From Batkoa obscura (lineage: Eukaryota), in NCBI GenBank assembly GCA_030770535.1, contig JASVEC010000002.1:2046001-2110000 (forward strand): a stretch of 64,000 nucleotides of DNA, read 5' to 3'. The position numbers were made by a program, and so were the translations under genes. Below the pieces are notes generated by a model. It worked only from the letters and a program-made list of their open reading frames with translations, made no database searches and was not told the DNA's origin. Within the stretch, counting starts at the first letter, position 1; each line of letters opens with the position of its first letter. Positions 62,786 through 64,000 of the stretch are shown here, piece after piece.

Positions 62786-64000
62786 TTTATTTTAGTCCGT
62801 CTAGAATAAGAAAATTAGTCAATTACATCCATCAAAATATTTTTTGGTCTTCTGTTTTTTCTGCTATTGATAACTATTGATTTTATTCCTTCACTTTTAT
62901 ATATCTTATTGAATCAAATAACTCACCTTACAATTAGTATAAGCTGTAGGATGTGAAAAGGAAGAATATTTCTCACTAAGTCTTAACTTGATATTATGTT
63001 CTGCTTATTTTTTTTGTTAATTTTATGATTTATGCAAATTTTACGATTTTAGAATTCAAATTAGAATATTAAGATTAAACATATTGAAGTCTTAAATATG
63101 ACTAAGTATAGCTATATAATTTAAATAAATAGTAATCAGATAATATTTTAGTATGTGGCTATTAGCATTTGGTTGCTTTAATAGTATATGTCTTTATTTC
63201 ATATTTTGTTTATCTTTGTCAAATGTCTCAATAATTTACGAGTTTTAACATGAATTTGATTATAATATTGTTAAAATGAATTTGTTAAACTAGTATTTTT
63301 TAGTATTCTATGTAGTATTTTAGCATAATTATATACTTTGTTTTAAATCAAAATTAATGGCTATAAATCTTCAACTAAAGTTATTGGTTTTTATAATTGT
63401 ATTTGATTTCACTTTAAGTTAATTTGATTAATTTTGTATCATAATGCTGTAGTATTTTTAAACATTACCTATTTATAATAATACTTTACAACAAGAGCAA
63501 CTGTTTTTTTATGTTTAATGGAATTAATAAGTAGTAATTTTACAAAACATATTTCCGGTATATCATTTTATTTCACTATTAAAATTCTGGGATTATAGAA
63601 ATAATACATTAATAAAAAATATAAAGATTAAAGAATAACAGCTGTATTCGTAATAAAGAATTATTGATATGTATTACAAGGTTTTTGGTGGTAAGTCTTT
63701 TAAAGTTATATAATAGAATACATTTAATACAAGGTGATTATAAAGACTGAAATAATTTTGGTTATTGGACATATCTTTATAAATAAAAACTAAATTTCAA
63801 GAAATTTATCTTTATTCTGATTTTATTCATTACTTGATTAGTCATTCTTTAACTATTATGTTATGACAAATTTATAAGATATTCATCTTACATATATGAC
63901 GGCTATAAACAGTATACATATACATCGTATTTTATAAACCTTGGTGTATTTTTTTAGTTTATACACAACACTAGGTTTGAAAGTAATTCAACTAAAAGGA

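Noticed and set aside
63000..64000. Terminal AT-rich kilobase
   Set aside because: No ORF, repeat copy or structure that I can support

Overview
Very AT-rich, intron-rich eukaryotic DNA with short (~45-70 nt) GT-AG introns and a standard genetic code. Gene content (Zn2Cys6 factor, NRPS-like reductase, Tos4, Hul4, OGT, NRDE2) points to an early-diverging fungus; an Entomophthorales/Zoopagomycota-like host is my inference. Genes in order: GPI-like secreted protein, Tos4/Plm2-like FHA protein, ankyrin protein, TRM7, a stand-alone FHA protein, UBA2, Zn2Cys6 TF, A-T-R NRPS-like reductase, Ime2/MAK-like kinase (1-nt frameshift in exon 1), HUL4-like HECT E3, MRX11-like protein, hexokinase, NRDE2, O-GlcNAc transferase, a CitT/DiT-type DASS transporter, a BET (Bdf1) protein and RPL15. 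Gene-poor stretches (0-4.4, 14-18.4, 21.6-31.7, 46.2-48.5 kb) hold 11 copies of a ~98-bp MITE with 4-bp AWWT target duplications, a 715-bp TA-flanked long-TIR element, decayed pseudogenes and five members of a small secreted Pro-rich peptide family. The most striking signal is the BET gene: it can encode a yeast-like short form or, by splicing out a stop- and AATAAA-containing intron, a long form with a BRD4-type C-terminal (P-TEFb-binding-like) motif and a terminal EEGEL motif. All gene models were spliced by eye and no database searches were run.
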